17,937 nt of DNA from NCBI GenBank assembly GCA_963783885.1, contig CAWAPJ010000039.1:1-17937 (forward strand). Reading direction: 5' to 3'. The DNA is from Waddliaceae bacterium. GTDB lineage: Bacteria; Chlamydiota; Chlamydiia; Chlamydiales; SLFE01. Position numbers and translations under genes: made by a program. The notes under the pieces were generated by a model. The model searched no databases and was not told the DNA's origin. It worked only from the letters and a program-made list of their open reading frames with translations. Shown one piece after another: positions 17,010 to 17,937 of the stretch (positions are counted from its first letter, which is position 1; each line of letters starts with the position of its first letter).

Positions 17010-17237
17010 TTGATTCTATATTGGTAAATATGGTGAAAAAATAATAGATGAAAGTCCTTTTTTACCAAATACTACTAAGCAGAATAATTTTTATCTAGTG
17101 TGTATTTCTAGAAATTCAATATGATCTTCTGGATGTAAGCATTCGGCGACTGAGTGTTTCTCGGGAGATTGAGAGGGTAGGAGCCGGCTATAATGCAATA
17201 GGCGAGTCGATTTTAACTGGTAAAAGTTGCAAATTCA

Positions 17238-17246
17238 TGCTATAAT
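17238..17246 (+). promoter_or_regulatory. Putative extended -10 element
   Basis: TGCTATAAT about 55 nt upstream of ATG 17302; no good -35 element. Confidence 0.3.
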
Positions 17247-17301
17247 TTTCTAATATAAATCATCAAAAACAACAAACGTTTAAATATCTAGCAGGTCTCA
17301 A

Positions 17302-17937
17302 ATGATCTCCTTATGGGGCAAATCCTCACACAAATACCGGTATCAAATCCCTCCTAATCAAGAAGATTTAATCTTGGAGCTGCCTGATGAACTTTATTAT
17401 AAAATTTTTACTTATTTATTAACACCAAGGGAGCTCGCGACAACAGCTTTGGTTTGCCGTCGGTGGAACACTCTTTCTGAAGATCCGAGATTTTGGAAAG
17501 TTATGTTTAAGAATCTCCCCTCAGTACAAAATCCTAGAGAAACAGCAAGAGTTTTTTACGGTCAATTTCCCAAAGAGCTAATGAAAGCGTTTCCATTTCA
17601 AAAAAACCTGGTAAACATCCCTATCTTATCCCCCAAAGAATCGGCAAACATAGAAAATAAAATAGGGGAGCTTCGTTTTTGTACTTTGAATTTTAATCGT
17701 AAGTGGGCGATATGGCAAGACAAGAATCAGCTGATTCACATGGGTATCAGATCTTATTCTCCTGAATATCGTGATTTACAGCAATCGCTAGATAGGGACA
17801 CCCTTAAAACCACAATTGAGTTTGTCCATTATCCCGAATCTCATTACTTTTTACACATCTTTCAATATAAGACCCCATCAGAATGGAAATATAGGACCTA
17901 TAACTACAAAGGAAAAACACCCGCATCCAACTACCTT
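17302..17937 (+). CDS. F-box domain protein, partial (runs off the window end; absent from the ORF track)
   Basis: My translation is open for 212 codons: MISLWGKSSH...ILELPDELYYKIFTYLLTPRELATTALVCRRWNTLSEDPRFWK, a canonical F-box. Confidence 0.88.
   Translation, partial: MISLWGKSSHKYRYQIPPNQEDLILELPDELYYKIFTYLLTPRELATTALVCRRWNTLSEDPRFWKVMFKNLPSVQNPRETARVFYGQFPKELMKAFPFQKNLVNIPILSPKESANIENKIGELRFCTLNFNRKWAIWQDKNQLIHMGIRSYSPEYRDLQQSLDRDTLKTTIEFVHYPESHYFLHIFQYKTPSEWKYRTYNYKGKTPASNYL

Overview
Mosaic accessory region of a bacterium that is probably host-associated (two F-box genes; environmental Chlamydiae or Legionellales-like is my inference). From left to right: (1) a palindromic MITE-like element and a DUF4160/DUF2442 toxin-antitoxin pair. 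(2) A higher-GC scar in which a frameshifted, 5'-truncated DNA2/NAM7-type SF1 helicase meets a 3' fragment of DNA topoisomerase III head-to-head. (3) An AT-rich, tightly coupled minus-strand operon that looks like an uncharacterised ATP-grasp RiPP (graspetide-like) system. It contains an unannotated 49-aa S/K/D/E/G-repeat precursor candidate, an ATP-grasp ligase apparently split at an A8 run, a secreted beta-helix protein, a degenerate second ATP-grasp, and an ABC-2 exporter. (4) A fragmented group 3b-type [NiFe]-hydrogenase cluster (gamma, delta, alpha, maturation protease, Cys-free short HypA, HypF) interleaved with two F-box genes and small inverted-repeat elements. The RiPP-like operon is the best candidate for a new system. 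All family calls come from motifs read by eye; no database searches were run.
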